Assembly (NCBI GenBank): GCA_963702205.1
Contig: OY969724.1
Coordinates: 1,280,001 to 1,344,000, forward strand
Source of the DNA: an uncultured candidate division Zixibacteria bacterium
GTDB lineage: Bacteria; Zixibacteria; MSB-5A5; GN15; PGXB01
Length of the DNA: 64,000 bases
Reading direction: 5' to 3'
The notes beneath the pieces are model-generated. The model searched no databases, was not told where the DNA came from, and saw only the letters and a program-made list of their open reading frames with translations. Made by a program: the position numbers and the translations under genes. Below are positions 1-9,591 of this stretch, one piece after another (within the stretch, counting starts at the first letter, position 1; every line of letters begins with the position of its first letter).

Positions 1-1
1 C

Positions 2-343
2 GAGGAAAACCGCACCCTCGCCGAGGAATTGACCAAAAACGGCGGGCTGATTTCCGAATATCCGCCCCACGAAAAGCAATCACCGGGGAGTCTGATAGAG
101 CGCAACCGCCTGACTGTCGGTCTGTCGCACGTCGTTGTTATCGGCGAAATCAGCGCCCAATCCGCCGGGACTGCCGACTGCGCCACGTTTTGTCATCAGA
201 CCGGCAAGCTCGCCTTTATTCTGGTCGATCCGGCCGATATCAGCGATGAATCGCGGAAGAAAATCGAGAAAGTCGTCTCGCTGGGAGTCATTCCCATCAC
301 ACCCGATGAAGCGGTCGAAAAGATCACCCGTTCCCTGGTATAA
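2..343 (+). CDS. dprA: DNA-processing protein DprA/Smf family, 3' part (runs off window start)
   Basis: Open frame from base 2; ENRTLAEEL..GGLISEYPP..ERNRLTVGLS..VVIGE motifs typical of the DprA Rossmann domain. Confidence 0.75.
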   Translation, partial: EENRTLAEELTKNGGLISEYPPHEKQSPGSLIERNRLTVGLSHVVVIGEISAQSAGTADCATFCHQTGKLAFILVDPADISDESRKKIEKVVSLGVIPITPDEAVEKITRSLV

Positions 344-348
344 TAGAA

Positions 349-957
349 ATGGACTTTCCCGACAGCTATTTGACCGCCGCCGCTGAGACGTCGGTCGAGA
401 TTAAAATCAAGGGATCTCGGTTTATCGGGCAGGTGTACATTTGCGATGATGACAACAATGCAAGAGAAATTCTGGATGCCGTCCGTAAAAAATATTACGA
501 TGCCACCCACAACTGTTATGCCTGGAAAGTCGGGATCGGACAGGATATGCATTTCAAGTATTCCGACGACGGTGAGCCGAGCGGGACGGCGGGCAAGCCG
601 ATTTATGATCAACTCGATGGGGCCGGGCTGACCAATGTCATAATAATAGTGACGCGATATTTTGGCGGGACCAAGCTCGGCACCGGCGGACTTACTCATG
701 CCTATTCTGACTGCGCCGCCGAAGTCATCAAAAATGCGGGGACGGTCAGGAAATTCATTACCGGACGTTTCGATATCAACCTCGATTTTGCAGATTATGG
801 TGCAGTAGAAAGGGCGATTTTGTCATCCGGGGCTGTTATAGTGCAATCTGAATTCTCTGATAAGGTTGACCTGAAACTGGAAATTCGCAAATCTCAACTG
901 GAATCTTTAAAAGCCAAACTGGTCGATATCACGTCGGGGAGAATTAAAATTGACTAA
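349..957 (+). CDS. yigZ: YigZ/IMPACT family protein
   Basis: IKGSRFIG, ATHNCYAW, SDDGEPSGTAGKP, VTRYFGGTKLGTGGL motifs. Confidence 0.93.
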   Translation: MDFPDSYLTAAAETSVEIKIKGSRFIGQVYICDDDNNAREILDAVRKKYYDATHNCYAWKVGIGQDMHFKYSDDGEPSGTAGKPIYDQLDGAGLTNVIIIVTRYFGGTKLGTGGLTHAYSDCAAEVIKNAGTVRKFITGRFDINLDFADYGAVERAILSSGAVIVQSEFSDKVDLKLEIRKSQLESLKAKLVDITSGRIKID

Positions 958-1864
958 ACGCTGCGATTGTCTCGGGTTCGGGATCGCACCGGCGGATCTG
1001 ATCATGCAGATAAAATCGTTCCCCGAGCCGGGCGCGAAAATCGACTGCACCGATCTGGTTGTGCAGGGCGGCGGACCGATCCCGACCGCGATGGTTACAT
1101 TGTCCCGTCTCGGATTCCGCGCGAGCCTCATAACTGCCGTTGGTACAGACCCTTACGGTAGCAGCGTTCTCGATGAACTAAAACGCGAAAATGTCGATAT
1201 ATCGCTGGTGAGAATCAAGAAGCGACATACGGCTATCGCGGTCGGGTGGGCCGAGCAAAAAACCGGTCGGAGGACAATCGCACTTGATTTGAATATAACC
1301 GTCACCCCGCGCGATATAAAACTCGACCATCTGCCGCTGGCGAAAGTGGTTCATCTCGACGGGCGTTATCCGGCCGCTTGTATGAAACTTGCCCGGTGGG
1401 CCAGAAAGAACAATATCCCGGTCGTTTTCGATATCGGTTCGATACGCAACGATATATCTCCGTTGCTGCCTCTGACATATCACCTTGTCTGCGCGGAGGA
1501 CTTCGCACTGCCGTTCACCGAATCGCGCAATGCGGAAGAATCGCTGCATAAACTGCTGAAGCGCGGTCCGGGCACGGTCGTAATTACTTCGGGGATAAAA
1601 GGCGCCGTTGGGTATGAAGAAAACGAAGGTTTGGTACACCAGAGGGCTTTCCGCGTCAAAGCGGTCGATACGACCGGGGCCGGAGATGCCTATCACGGTG
1701 CGTACATAGCGGGCATGTTGAAGGGATGGAGCCTCAGTCGCCGCATGCAGTTTGCTTCGGCCGTGGCGGCCATCAACTGTACCCGTCTGGGAGGACGAGC
1801 AGGGCTGCCAACATATTTTCAGGCAAGAAACTTTCTGGAGAAAAAAGGAGTGAAATATGCCTGA
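950..1864 (+). CDS. PfkB/ribokinase-family carbohydrate kinase
   Basis: N-terminal GGG motif and C-terminal VDTTGAGDAYHG PfkB signature; overlaps yigZ stop. Confidence 0.9.
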   Translation: MTKRCDCLGFGIAPADLIMQIKSFPEPGAKIDCTDLVVQGGGPIPTAMVTLSRLGFRASLITAVGTDPYGSSVLDELKRENVDISLVRIKKRHTAIAVGWAEQKTGRRTIALDLNITVTPRDIKLDHLPLAKVVHLDGRYPAACMKLARWARKNNIPVVFDIGSIRNDISPLLPLTYHLVCAEDFALPFTESRNAEESLHKLLKRGPGTVVITSGIKGAVGYEENEGLVHQRAFRVKAVDTTGAGDAYHGAYIAGMLKGWSLSRRMQFASAVAAINCTRLGGRAGLPTYFQARNFLEKKGVKYA

Positions 1865-2456
1865 TATCATCACCTGGCTGCAGGCGGCTGACAAGTCGAT
1901 TTTTATTTTTATCAACCAGTCGCTGGCCAATCCGGTCACGGACTTCTTGATGCCGTTTATCACGCTCGATCTGCACCTTAAAATTCTATTTGGGTTTCTT
2001 ATCGTGATGCTGCTCTGGCGGGGCGACAATCGTCTGCGCATTTCCGTGATATTTTCGCTTATCACGATCCTTCTCACCGACCAGATAAGCGCCGCCTGGC
2101 TCAAGCACGTGTTCGAGCGACCACGACCCTGCCTGGCCATGGAAGTGCATCTTCTCGTCAACTGCGGATCCGGCTTTTCCCTGCCGTCGTCGCACGCCGC
2201 CAACCTGTTCGGTCAGGCTTTCTTGTACCGCGCAGTCAATCCCAAGTCACAAAAATATTTAATGCCGCTGGCTATAGTCGTTGCGTTGTCGAGAGTGTTT
2301 GTCGGGGTGCACTATCCGTTCGATATCGTCGCGGGAGCGGCCATAGGTATCGTTATCGGGTACCTCGTTGGAGTCGCCTTCAATAAATTTCTTCCGCCCG
2401 ACCGCAGGGGCAAAGAAGAAAAATACGTGAGGCTTTCGGATTATAAAAAGAAATGA
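1857..2456 (+). CDS. PAP2 family membrane phosphatase
   Basis: KxxxxRPRP, PSSH and SRVFVGVHYPFD catalytic motifs with hydrophobic helices. Confidence 0.92.
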   Translation: MPDIITWLQAADKSIFIFINQSLANPVTDFLMPFITLDLHLKILFGFLIVMLLWRGDNRLRISVIFSLITILLTDQISAAWLKHVFERPRPCLAMEVHLLVNCGSGFSLPSSHAANLFGQAFLYRAVNPKSQKYLMPLAIVVALSRVFVGVHYPFDIVAGAAIGIVIGYLVGVAFNKFLPPDRRGKEEKYVRLSDYKKK

Positions 2457-2953
2457 AAATCAAAATAGAAATATTGCAGGGCGATATTACTGAATCAGGC
2501 ACAGAGGCGATTGTCAACGCCGCCAACAACCACCTCTGGATGGGCTCCGGTGTGGCCGGTGCAATCAAGCGTGAAGGCGGTCAGGTAATCGAAGACGAAG
2601 CAGTCAAAAAAGGCCCCGTCCCGGTCGGGCAGGCGGTGGAGACAACCGCCGGAGGCTTGCCCTTCAAGTACATCCTCCATGCCGCCGGTATGGGCCAGGA
2701 CCTGCGCACCAGTGCGGAAATAGTCTTTGAAACGACTGTCAATACACTATTGCTGGCCGACCGGCTGAAATTGAAATCGGTGGCCTTCCCGGCTATTGGC
2801 ACCGGGGTCGGTGGATTGTCTTTGGAATTGTGTGCTCGTAATATGAAAAAGGCTATCGAAGAGACATCGGTCGGGTTTCAACATCTGGAGAAAGTGCAAT
2901 TCGTATTGTTCGATAAGTCCACTTTTGATACTTTCCGCAAAGAATTGGGATGA
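2453..2953 (+). CDS. Macro domain protein (ADP-ribose/O-acetyl-ADP-ribose hydrolase family)
   Basis: GDIT, AIVNAAN, GSGVAGAI, AFPAIGTGVGG motifs. Confidence 0.92.
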   Translation: MKIKIEILQGDITESGTEAIVNAANNHLWMGSGVAGAIKREGGQVIEDEAVKKGPVPVGQAVETTAGGLPFKYILHAAGMGQDLRTSAEIVFETTVNTLLLADRLKLKSVAFPAIGTGVGGLSLELCARNMKKAIEETSVGFQHLEKVQFVLFDKSTFDTFRKELG

Positions 2954-2959
2954 ATCAGA

Positions 2960-3496
2960 TCAGTCGCGGCGACCGGCTTTAAGGTCTCCGTCGAATACCA
3001 GCGTGTCGTTTTCGCTGTTGACATAAATTCCTGACAAACGCGCCCTGAACGACGACGCCCACAGGCTGTCGATGGCTATGAAGCCCTCGGTACAACGGTA
3101 CAAACGCAGGCCCTCCTCGAGGTTGAACTGTCCCTCCAGACGGCAAAGTGAACGTCCTTTCAAATCGAGTGAATCTCTATCAAGCCTAAAGGGGAGGCCG
3201 ACTAAAATCTGGTATGCTGTCTTTGATTCGACCGAGAAAACGTTGCCCAGCGTTTTAATCTCGTCCCCCGTCGGGCCGACACGCCGGGTAAAGAGAACCG
3301 TCCCGTCGCCCGGCGCAATATAAGACAACTCCGCGTTGTCGCTCAGGATAAATCCGTGGCGGTAATAACTGTCCGTTTCTTTGAGAGGGAATTGTTTCGA
3401 TTCGTCGATCTGGTACAGGCGCGGCTTCAGTCGATTTTTGCAGGAAAACATCAGGAGAAAAACAAGCACGATCAAAAGAACGGCTTTAATCCTCAT
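2960..3496 (-). CDS. Hypothetical lipoprotein
   Basis: Signal peptide with lipobox-like LMFSC; start overlaps stop of the upstream GNAT gene (ATGA). Confidence 0.65.
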   Translation of the reverse strand: MRIKAVLLIVLVFLLMFSCKNRLKPRLYQIDESKQFPLKETDSYYRHGFILSDNAELSYIAPGDGTVLFTRRVGPTGDEIKTLGNVFSVESKTAYQILVGLPFRLDRDSLDLKGRSLCRLEGQFNLEEGLRLYRCTEGFIAIDSLWASSFRARLSGIYVNSENDTLVFDGDLKAGRRD

Positions 3497-4623
3497 ATCG
3501 GCATTTCCACCATACGATATTTTTTATAAACGTGGGCACCCATGGCTTCGGCCGCCCGGTTCATAAGGTCATTGGTCTCCAGTATCCACGAAAGCTCGGC
3601 CCACTTGTACCCCTTTTCGACGCCTTTGCGGTACGTTTCAACGTACATGATACTGTCGATCCCGCGCTTTTGGAATTTCGGGACGACACCCATCGTGATC
3701 ATCCGGAGGCCATCGATTTTCTTTTTCACTTTGGCGTTCCAGAGGAGTTTTATGAGGCCGGTCGGGAAGAGCCGTCCGTTGATATCGATCAGGACTTTGT
3801 TCATATCGGGCAGGGCCAGGATGAACGCGGCCGGTTCACCGTTGACCGAGGCAATCAGGACCAGGTCGGGATCGACAATATCCTTGAGACTTTTGGCCAT
3901 GTGATTGAACTCGTCGTCCTTCATCGGCACGAAACCCCAGTTGTACTGCCAGGCGTCGTTGTAAATCTTGTTGATCAGGCTGACTTCATCCTTGAAATGC
4001 GACATGTCCAGCGGACGGATCGTGATTTTAAATTTGTTTTTGAGCTTATCGACCAGGTTTACATGGCGTTCGCTTAACGGTTGCTGGTCGGTAATCAGGT
4101 AGGCGTAAAAATCCATGACTTTCTTGAGGCCGAATTTTTCGGCGAACTTGGGAAGGTACGTCGGGTTATAGGTCATCATGATCACCGGCGGGCTGTCGAA
4201 ACCCTCGATTAAAAAGCCGATCTCGTGGTTGGTCGAAAAACTGGCCGGGCCGCGCATGGCCGTCACACCTTCGGATTTAAGCGTAATCATGGCCACTTTT
4301 AAAAGAGCCCGGGCAACTTCGAAGTCGTCAATCGTATCAAAAAAGCCGAAGAAACCGATGTTCTCGGCGTGGTATTCGTTATGATTGAAATTGATGCAGG
4401 TCGCGACACGCCCGACAAACTCTCCATCCTGTCGCGCCAGGAAAAGTTTGGTTTTGGCCGTACGATAAAACGGGTTTTTCTCTTTGTCGAAAAATTCCTT
4501 GCGTTCGGACAGAAGCGGCGCCACCCAGTTGGGATCGCCCCGGTACAACTTCCAGGGCAATTTTATAAATCGCTCCAAAAGTTTAGGAGATTCGACTTCG
4601 ATTACTTCTACGGAACCGGCCAT
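3493..4623 (-). CDS. YghO-like GNAT acyltransferase, candidate bacterial ceramide synthase (bCerS)
   Basis: PNWVAPL, GRVA..IN, GFFGFFD, MRGP, MMTYNP, WGFVP, AELSWILETN motifs of the YghO-type double GNAT family; directly downstream of an spt-like gene. Confidence 0.8.
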   Translation of the reverse strand: MAGSVEVIEVESPKLLERFIKLPWKLYRGDPNWVAPLLSERKEFFDKEKNPFYRTAKTKLFLARQDGEFVGRVATCINFNHNEYHAENIGFFGFFDTIDDFEVARALLKVAMITLKSEGVTAMRGPASFSTNHEIGFLIEGFDSPPVIMMTYNPTYLPKFAEKFGLKKVMDFYAYLITDQQPLSERHVNLVDKLKNKFKITIRPLDMSHFKDEVSLINKIYNDAWQYNWGFVPMKDDEFNHMAKSLKDIVDPDLVLIASVNGEPAAFILALPDMNKVLIDINGRLFPTGLIKLLWNAKVKKKIDGLRMITMGVVPKFQKRGIDSIMYVETYRKGVEKGYKWAELSWILETNDLMNRAAEAMGAHVYKKYRMVEMPI

Positions 4624-4630
4624 AATGAGA

Positions 4631-5857
4631 TTATATAACGCCCAGTTGCTTGCCGACTTTCTCGAAAACTTCCAAAACCCGGTCGAGCTGCTTGTCGGTG
4701 TGGGTTGCGGTGTACGACGTTCTCATCAGGGCCTGCCCCGGTGAAACCGCCGGAGAAATAACCGGGTTGGCGAAAACGCCGTTGTCGTACAGCTCCTTCC
4801 AGAACCGGAAACAATCGAGATCATCGCCGATCACGATGGGAACGATGGGTGTCTCCGATGTGCCGGTGTTGAACCCGAGGGCTTTAAATTCCCGGAGCAT
4901 CCGGCGGGCGTTCTTCCAAAGGTTTTCCCGACGCTCCGGTTCGGTGCGGATTATTTCCAGCGCTTTGAGGACGGCCGCCGTGGCCGAGGGAGGAATCGAC
5001 GCCGAAAAGATCAATTCGCGTGATATATGCTTGATATAATTTATTACCCGTTCTTCGGCGACAATGAAGCCGCCCAGCGATGCGAACGATTTGGAAAACG
5101 TCCCCATCGTAATGTCGACCTGATCGTCCAGCCCGAAATGAGAGGCGGTCCCGCAGCCGTTTTCTCCCAAAACCCCGACCGAATGAGCATCGTCGATCAT
5201 CACCCGGCAGCCGTACTTCTTCGCCACTTTCACCATGTCGGGGAGATTTATGATGTCGCCTTCCATCGAGAAAACACCGTCGGCGACGATTAAGATTCCG
5301 CCTTTGCCATTGGTTTCGCGGACGTTCTTAACCACGCGCCCGAGGTCTTCCATGTCGTTGTGCGCGAATTTGACCAGCTTGCCGAATGATAACCGGCAGC
5401 CGTCGACGATTGAGGCGTGATTGGAGCGGTCGGCGACGATGGTATCACCCTTTCCGACCAGGCAGGAAATGGTTCCGAGGTTGGTCTGGAAACCAGTCGA
5501 ATAAATCAGCGCCGCTCGGCGACCCCCATAAAAGTCCGCCAGTTCGGCTTCCAGTCGTGTGTGAAGCTCCAAAGTTCCGTTAAGAAAGCGTGACCCGGTG
5601 CATCCCGATCCGTACTTAAGAGCCGCTTCGGCGGCGGCTTCCTTGACGCGCTTGTCATTGGTCAGGCCCATGTAATTATTGGACCCGATCATGATCAACT
5701 TCTTGCCACCGATGACAACCTCATCACCGGGAGGCGATGAAATCGGATTGAAGTACGGATAAATTCCCAGAGCCTTGACTTCGTCGGCGCGAGTAAAATT
5801 GTAACATTTTTCAAACAGGTCCGACATCTCTACCAGGGTGTTCTCCCGTGTTTCCAA
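4631..5857 (-). CDS. spt: PLP-dependent alpha-oxoamine synthase, serine palmitoyltransferase-like
   Basis: YPYF N-terminus, GSNNYMGL, GCTGSRFLNGT, DDAH, GTFSKSFAS (PLP Lys), FSAS; alternative start ATG at 5827. Confidence 0.8.
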   Translation of the reverse strand: METRENTLVEMSDLFEKCYNFTRADEVKALGIYPYFNPISSPPGDEVVIGGKKLIMIGSNNYMGLTNDKRVKEAAAEAALKYGSGCTGSRFLNGTLELHTRLEAELADFYGGRRAALIYSTGFQTNLGTISCLVGKGDTIVADRSNHASIVDGCRLSFGKLVKFAHNDMEDLGRVVKNVRETNGKGGILIVADGVFSMEGDIINLPDMVKVAKKYGCRVMIDDAHSVGVLGENGCGTASHFGLDDQVDITMGTFSKSFASLGGFIVAEERVINYIKHISRELIFSASIPPSATAAVLKALEIIRTEPERRENLWKNARRMLREFKALGFNTGTSETPIVPIVIGDDLDCFRFWKELYDNGVFANPVISPAVSPGQALMRTSYTATHTDKQLDRVLEVFEKVGKQLGVI

Positions 5858-5968
5858 GCTGGAAATCCTCTCTGTTTCGATTGCAAAAGCAAAACGTACT
5901 TTAATCCAAGAGCGATGTCAAGCAAAATGATTTGTCGAAAAAGCCTTTATAAAGCGGCCTTACACAGC

Positions 5969-6724
5969 CTATGCCGGTTCTTTTTCGATGATCATCATAT
6001 ACGCTGGACCGGGACTTTTGGGCGATCCCGATTGGATCGTTTTCGACAAGACCCATCCGGTGCCGGACAGAATTTCCTGCGCTTCTTCTTTTGATACCAG
6101 AAGATAATCGAACCACGGCGTCGCACATTGTTTGTACCTGATTCTAAGTTTCAACTGCCCGCCCATGCGACCTTTGTTGCGGTTACGGCGATGATATTCC
6201 TTGTGCATCTTTTCTTTGGTATCGTACGGGTCGAGACTTTCGGCAATGATACGCGCGTTGTCAGAGGTCATTACATAAAGCCTTTTTAGAAATCGCTGAC
6301 CCGCCTTGAAACTGCCAAAGAGACCGAAATTGTTTCCGAACATGACAACGGTATCGAACCGGCCGAGGGATTTCGAAATTCGCGTTACCGGCAAGACGCG
6401 CGCATCCTTAAGGCCGCGCCTGCGGCATACCTTTATTGCCAAGGGCGACAAATCTATCCCGGTGACCCGGTGGCCATTGTTTTGAAAATAAAGCGAGACT
6501 CTCCCGGCCCCGCAGCCGATATCGAGAATCCGCCCCCGTGCGAATTTGGCCGCCTGTTTTTCGTGCGGCCGCCAGTTTTCAAACTCTTCAAAATATATCC
6601 CCGGCCCCAGTCCGACCGTGATTAACCCGTCATCTCGCTCGACGATTTCATTCTGGTCGGCGCAACCGGAGTAATATTCCAGCATGCCGCGTCCGAAGGC
6701 GTCCTGTTTTTCGGCCAGCATCAC
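5969..6724 (-). CDS. Class I SAM-dependent methyltransferase
   Basis: ILDIGCGAG motif I, GIDLSP, FDTV. Confidence 0.88.
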   Translation of the reverse strand: MMLAEKQDAFGRGMLEYYSGCADQNEIVERDDGLITVGLGPGIYFEEFENWRPHEKQAAKFARGRILDIGCGAGRVSLYFQNNGHRVTGIDLSPLAIKVCRRRGLKDARVLPVTRISKSLGRFDTVVMFGNNFGLFGSFKAGQRFLKRLYVMTSDNARIIAESLDPYDTKEKMHKEYHRRNRNKGRMGGQLKLRIRYKQCATPWFDYLLVSKEEAQEILSGTGWVLSKTIQSGSPKSPGPAYMMIIEKEPA

Positions 6725-6807
6725 TTGCCTCCACTTGAATATTCAAGATTCATAGCTCGTTAAACGCCGCAATACGGCTATTTTAAGCATCCAAAGTATC
6801 ATAATGC

Positions 6808-8175
6808 TCATTTTTTTATAAATTTTCGAAATGGTTTTGGTAACGGGACCCAGGGTATTGAAACCAGCCTTTCGCCGGATTTCTTGTCGTTAATGATTAA
6901 AAAATCGGTCGCATTACCATTAATTTCCATACTTACGGGATCCGACGATTCGATTTTGAAAGTGATGCCGGACAGGTCGTTCTTATCCGGAATATAACTT
7001 CCTTCCACCTTATTGGCGATGCTGTCAACAGAAATGATCAAAGAATCATGCCTTGAAAAGCTGTGCCAGCAAAGGTACTTTTGGTGAATATAATAATTCA
7101 ACAGCTTCGATGTAGTTGTAACCAGAAGCTGCTTCGATTCATTCTTTTTCTTTATATGTTTCAACGCCCGACAGGTCTCACTGCTTAGGTATGGTGGCCC
7201 ATCATTTTTCCCAAGATGGGTATAAAAAATCAAATAACCCTCATTTTCAATCAAGTCATCTATTTGACCGGGGCCAAGTTGATTAATAAAATGCTGTTCA
7301 GTTGTCTCAGAGTATTTTCCCCACTCGTTGATATATCTTACAAAGTCAAAAATGATAGTGGAGTCATCGAGCATAAGTTCATGAACCAGCTCATTATCGT
7401 TGACATAATTCTGGTCCGAATAACGCCAGTCCTGAATCGATTCATAAATGTTCTTTAGCCAATTTATGAAAGAAGAATCGCCGCTTTGACCAATGCAATG
7501 AGTCACCTGCCCCCGCCATAAGAATTTTATGCCCAAAGAACGGGTAATATCCATATTATAACACGGCGATTCACGATTGTCTCCCAGTTGATTTGGGGCC
7601 GGCCCGATATTCTGAAGATTACTCGTAGCCCCATGATCTATATAAACATCAACCGACAACGATTCATGTTTGAAAAGTCCCTCAGCCCTGACCGCCAGTT
7701 GGCGATTAAATGACCCATCGCCAAAATGACCATATGAATGAAGGCAGTCAAGATATCCGTAGCGGACCATGTTCAATTGGATGTCAGCATGATCATCAAG
7801 CGTGTCCGATACTCCCTTGTAAATTGATAAGCCGCTGTCGATAGACCCGGCATATTCACCGGGCGTTTTTCCATTATTACAAAAGCCCAAATAACTATTG
7901 AAAAACCAGAATGAATTGCCGACCTCTAAATTCAACTCGCGGCCCAAAGCCGATGAATCATTGCCATTTAAATACGACTGGAGTGCAAGCAATTCCTCGA
8001 TACTTGTTGTTTCATCAATGTCAGAACAAATCGCCAATGCGGCACGGTAGCGGTATGGAAATCGCCGCAGAGTAACCTTGTCCGAATTCGTGCAGGATAA
8101 AAATAGCCCTGTCAAGGCAGTGGTCCAGAAAATGAAAAGAACATTGGCGAATTTAAAAAAAGACCGAATCTTCAT
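6808..8175 (-). CDS. Hypothetical lipoprotein, polysaccharide-deacetylase-like
   Basis: 455-aa ORF, lipobox-like FLSC, ICSDID / LHSYGH / YTHLG metal-binding-like motifs; more AT-rich than flanks. Confidence 0.55.
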   Translation of the reverse strand: MKIRSFFKFANVLFIFWTTALTGLFLSCTNSDKVTLRRFPYRYRAALAICSDIDETTSIEELLALQSYLNGNDSSALGRELNLEVGNSFWFFNSYLGFCNNGKTPGEYAGSIDSGLSIYKGVSDTLDDHADIQLNMVRYGYLDCLHSYGHFGDGSFNRQLAVRAEGLFKHESLSVDVYIDHGATSNLQNIGPAPNQLGDNRESPCYNMDITRSLGIKFLWRGQVTHCIGQSGDSSFINWLKNIYESIQDWRYSDQNYVNDNELVHELMLDDSTIIFDFVRYINEWGKYSETTEQHFINQLGPGQIDDLIENEGYLIFYTHLGKNDGPPYLSSETCRALKHIKKKNESKQLLVTTTSKLLNYYIHQKYLCWHSFSRHDSLIISVDSIANKVEGSYIPDKNDLSGITFKIESSDPVSMEINGNATDFLIINDKKSGERLVSIPWVPLPKPFRKFIKK

Positions 8176-8297
8176 ATGCCCTATTGTTTCAAAGAGTTAT
8201 GCTATTTAAAATAGCCAATGTCAGAGAAAAATCAAATTGTAATATATAAAAATCTAAAAAAAATTGAAACAATTATTAAATAAATCAATATTATATA

Positions 8298-8326
8298 TTG
8301 ACAAAGTTAATTATATGACATATTAT
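8298..8326 (+). promoter_or_regulatory. Sigma70-type promoter for the DUF2089 operon
   Basis: TTGACA (8298-8303), 17 bp spacer, TATTAT (8321-8326). Confidence 0.6.
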
Positions 8327-8356
8327 TTATTAATAATATTAATATTGGAGGCACAA

Positions 8357-8569
8357 ATGGTCAACGAAATTAATATTAACCTTCAAAACCCGGTCATGGA
8401 GATTTTGAACTATCTCGATCAGGGCAAAGTCTCTTTTGAGCAGGCAGTGGGAGCAATCAGGCGCGGCGGCGCTCATGTATCCAGTGATATCCGTGAAATG
8501 GCGATGGTTGGAAAAGGGTGGCCGGAGGCGCTACATATGGACCTCGGAAACCTGACCCCGTACCTATAG
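8357..8569 (+). CDS. Small hypothetical protein with SHOCT-like motif
   Basis: GGAGG RBS before ATG 8357; EILNYLDQGKVSFEQA motif. Confidence 0.65.
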   Translation: MVNEININLQNPVMEILNYLDQGKVSFEQAVGAIRRGGAHVSSDIREMAMVGKGWPEALHMDLGNLTPYL

Positions 8570-8584
8570 AACCGGAGGGAATGT

Positions 8585-8956
8585 ATGTCTAAACCGTGGC
8601 AGGAACTTTTGACATTAACGAGGGGTCGCGAGATTGTGGTCGAACGGGTCCGGCTGAAAGATTCAGATATAGCCATTGAAGGTTCTTTTAGGCTTCCCGA
8701 ACTGGCCCGTCTCGACCACGACGACCAGACTTTTATCGCGGCCTTCGTGAAATGTCATGGATCGATCAAACAGATGGAAAAATATTTCGGCATCAGCTAT
8801 CCGACCGTAAAGGGCCGGTTGAATCGAATCGGCGAAAAACTCGATTTTGTCGAAATCGAGGTTGAGAAAAATATCAGCGGCGACGTGCTCGACCGCCTCG
8901 AACGCGGTGAGATAACTTTTGATGACGCCATGAAGCAGTTGGAAGAAGGAGAATAG
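8585..8956 (+). CDS. DUF2089 family protein (HTH + SHOCT-like tail)
   Basis: IEGSF..LARL...QTFI..FVKCHGSIKQMEKYFGISYPTVKGRL signature. Confidence 0.88.
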   Translation: MSKPWQELLTLTRGREIVVERVRLKDSDIAIEGSFRLPELARLDHDDQTFIAAFVKCHGSIKQMEKYFGISYPTVKGRLNRIGEKLDFVEIEVEKNISGDVLDRLERGEITFDDAMKQLEEGE

Positions 8957-8958
8957 CA

Positions 8959-9444
8959 ATGAGTGAAGAAAGACGCAAAATTCTGGATATGCTCTCATCG
9001 GGCAAGATAAACGTTGAGCAAGCCGAGAAATTGTTGAACGCGATCGGCGAGGCTGAAGGCGACAGCCGCCGGGCCAAACAGGCGAATTCCGCAAAATCCA
9101 AAGGTGGCGATGACGATGATGATTCGAGCGAAGATGAAAATAGCGGAAGTGAACCAAAATTTCTGCGAATTCTGGTCAATTCCGCCGGAAAGGACGGTCG
9201 CCCGCCGGATCAGGTTAATATCCGCATCCCGCTGGGGATTATCAAAGCCGGGATGAAAATCGGTTCGGTTATGCCTGACAGCGCCAAGGAGAAGATAACC
9301 CGCAAGCTCGGCGAAAAGGGCATTGATCTCGACATGAACAATCTCGACAGCAATTCGCTCGGTAAACTTCTGATGGCGCTGAAAGAGATGAAAATCGAAG
9401 TCAACGATGCCGACGGCGAACAGGTGCGGATTTTTACGGAATAA
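8959..9444 (+). CDS. SHOCT-like domain protein (YvlB/DUF2089-associated type)
   Basis: MSEERRKILDMLSSGKINVEQAEKLL N-terminus; KFLRILV..VNIRIPL; VRIFTE C-terminus. Confidence 0.8.
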   Translation: MSEERRKILDMLSSGKINVEQAEKLLNAIGEAEGDSRRAKQANSAKSKGGDDDDDSSEDENSGSEPKFLRILVNSAGKDGRPPDQVNIRIPLGIIKAGMKIGSVMPDSAKEKITRKLGEKGIDLDMNNLDSNSLGKLLMALKEMKIEVNDADGEQVRIFTE

Positions 9445-9461
9445 CAACTATATGAGAAGTC

Positions 9462-9578
9462 GGGTCGCCCACAGCTTGCTGTGGGTAATCCCGTTATAGC
9501 ATTGTAGGTTACGCCGACTTGCCTAAGGCCCTGCCTGCGCTGAGCCAGCGAAGTGAGCCTTGCGAAGGGCGGCATGAC
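9462..9578. repeat. REP-like palindrome cluster between convergent genes
   Basis: CCCACAGC-TT-GCTGTGGG hairpin (9468-9485) plus GTAGGTTACGCC...GGCATGAC element (9504-9578); relatives at 13276, 17659, 46396 and 58194-58450. Confidence 0.65.
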
Positions 9579-9591
9579 TTCTTTGTTTGCT

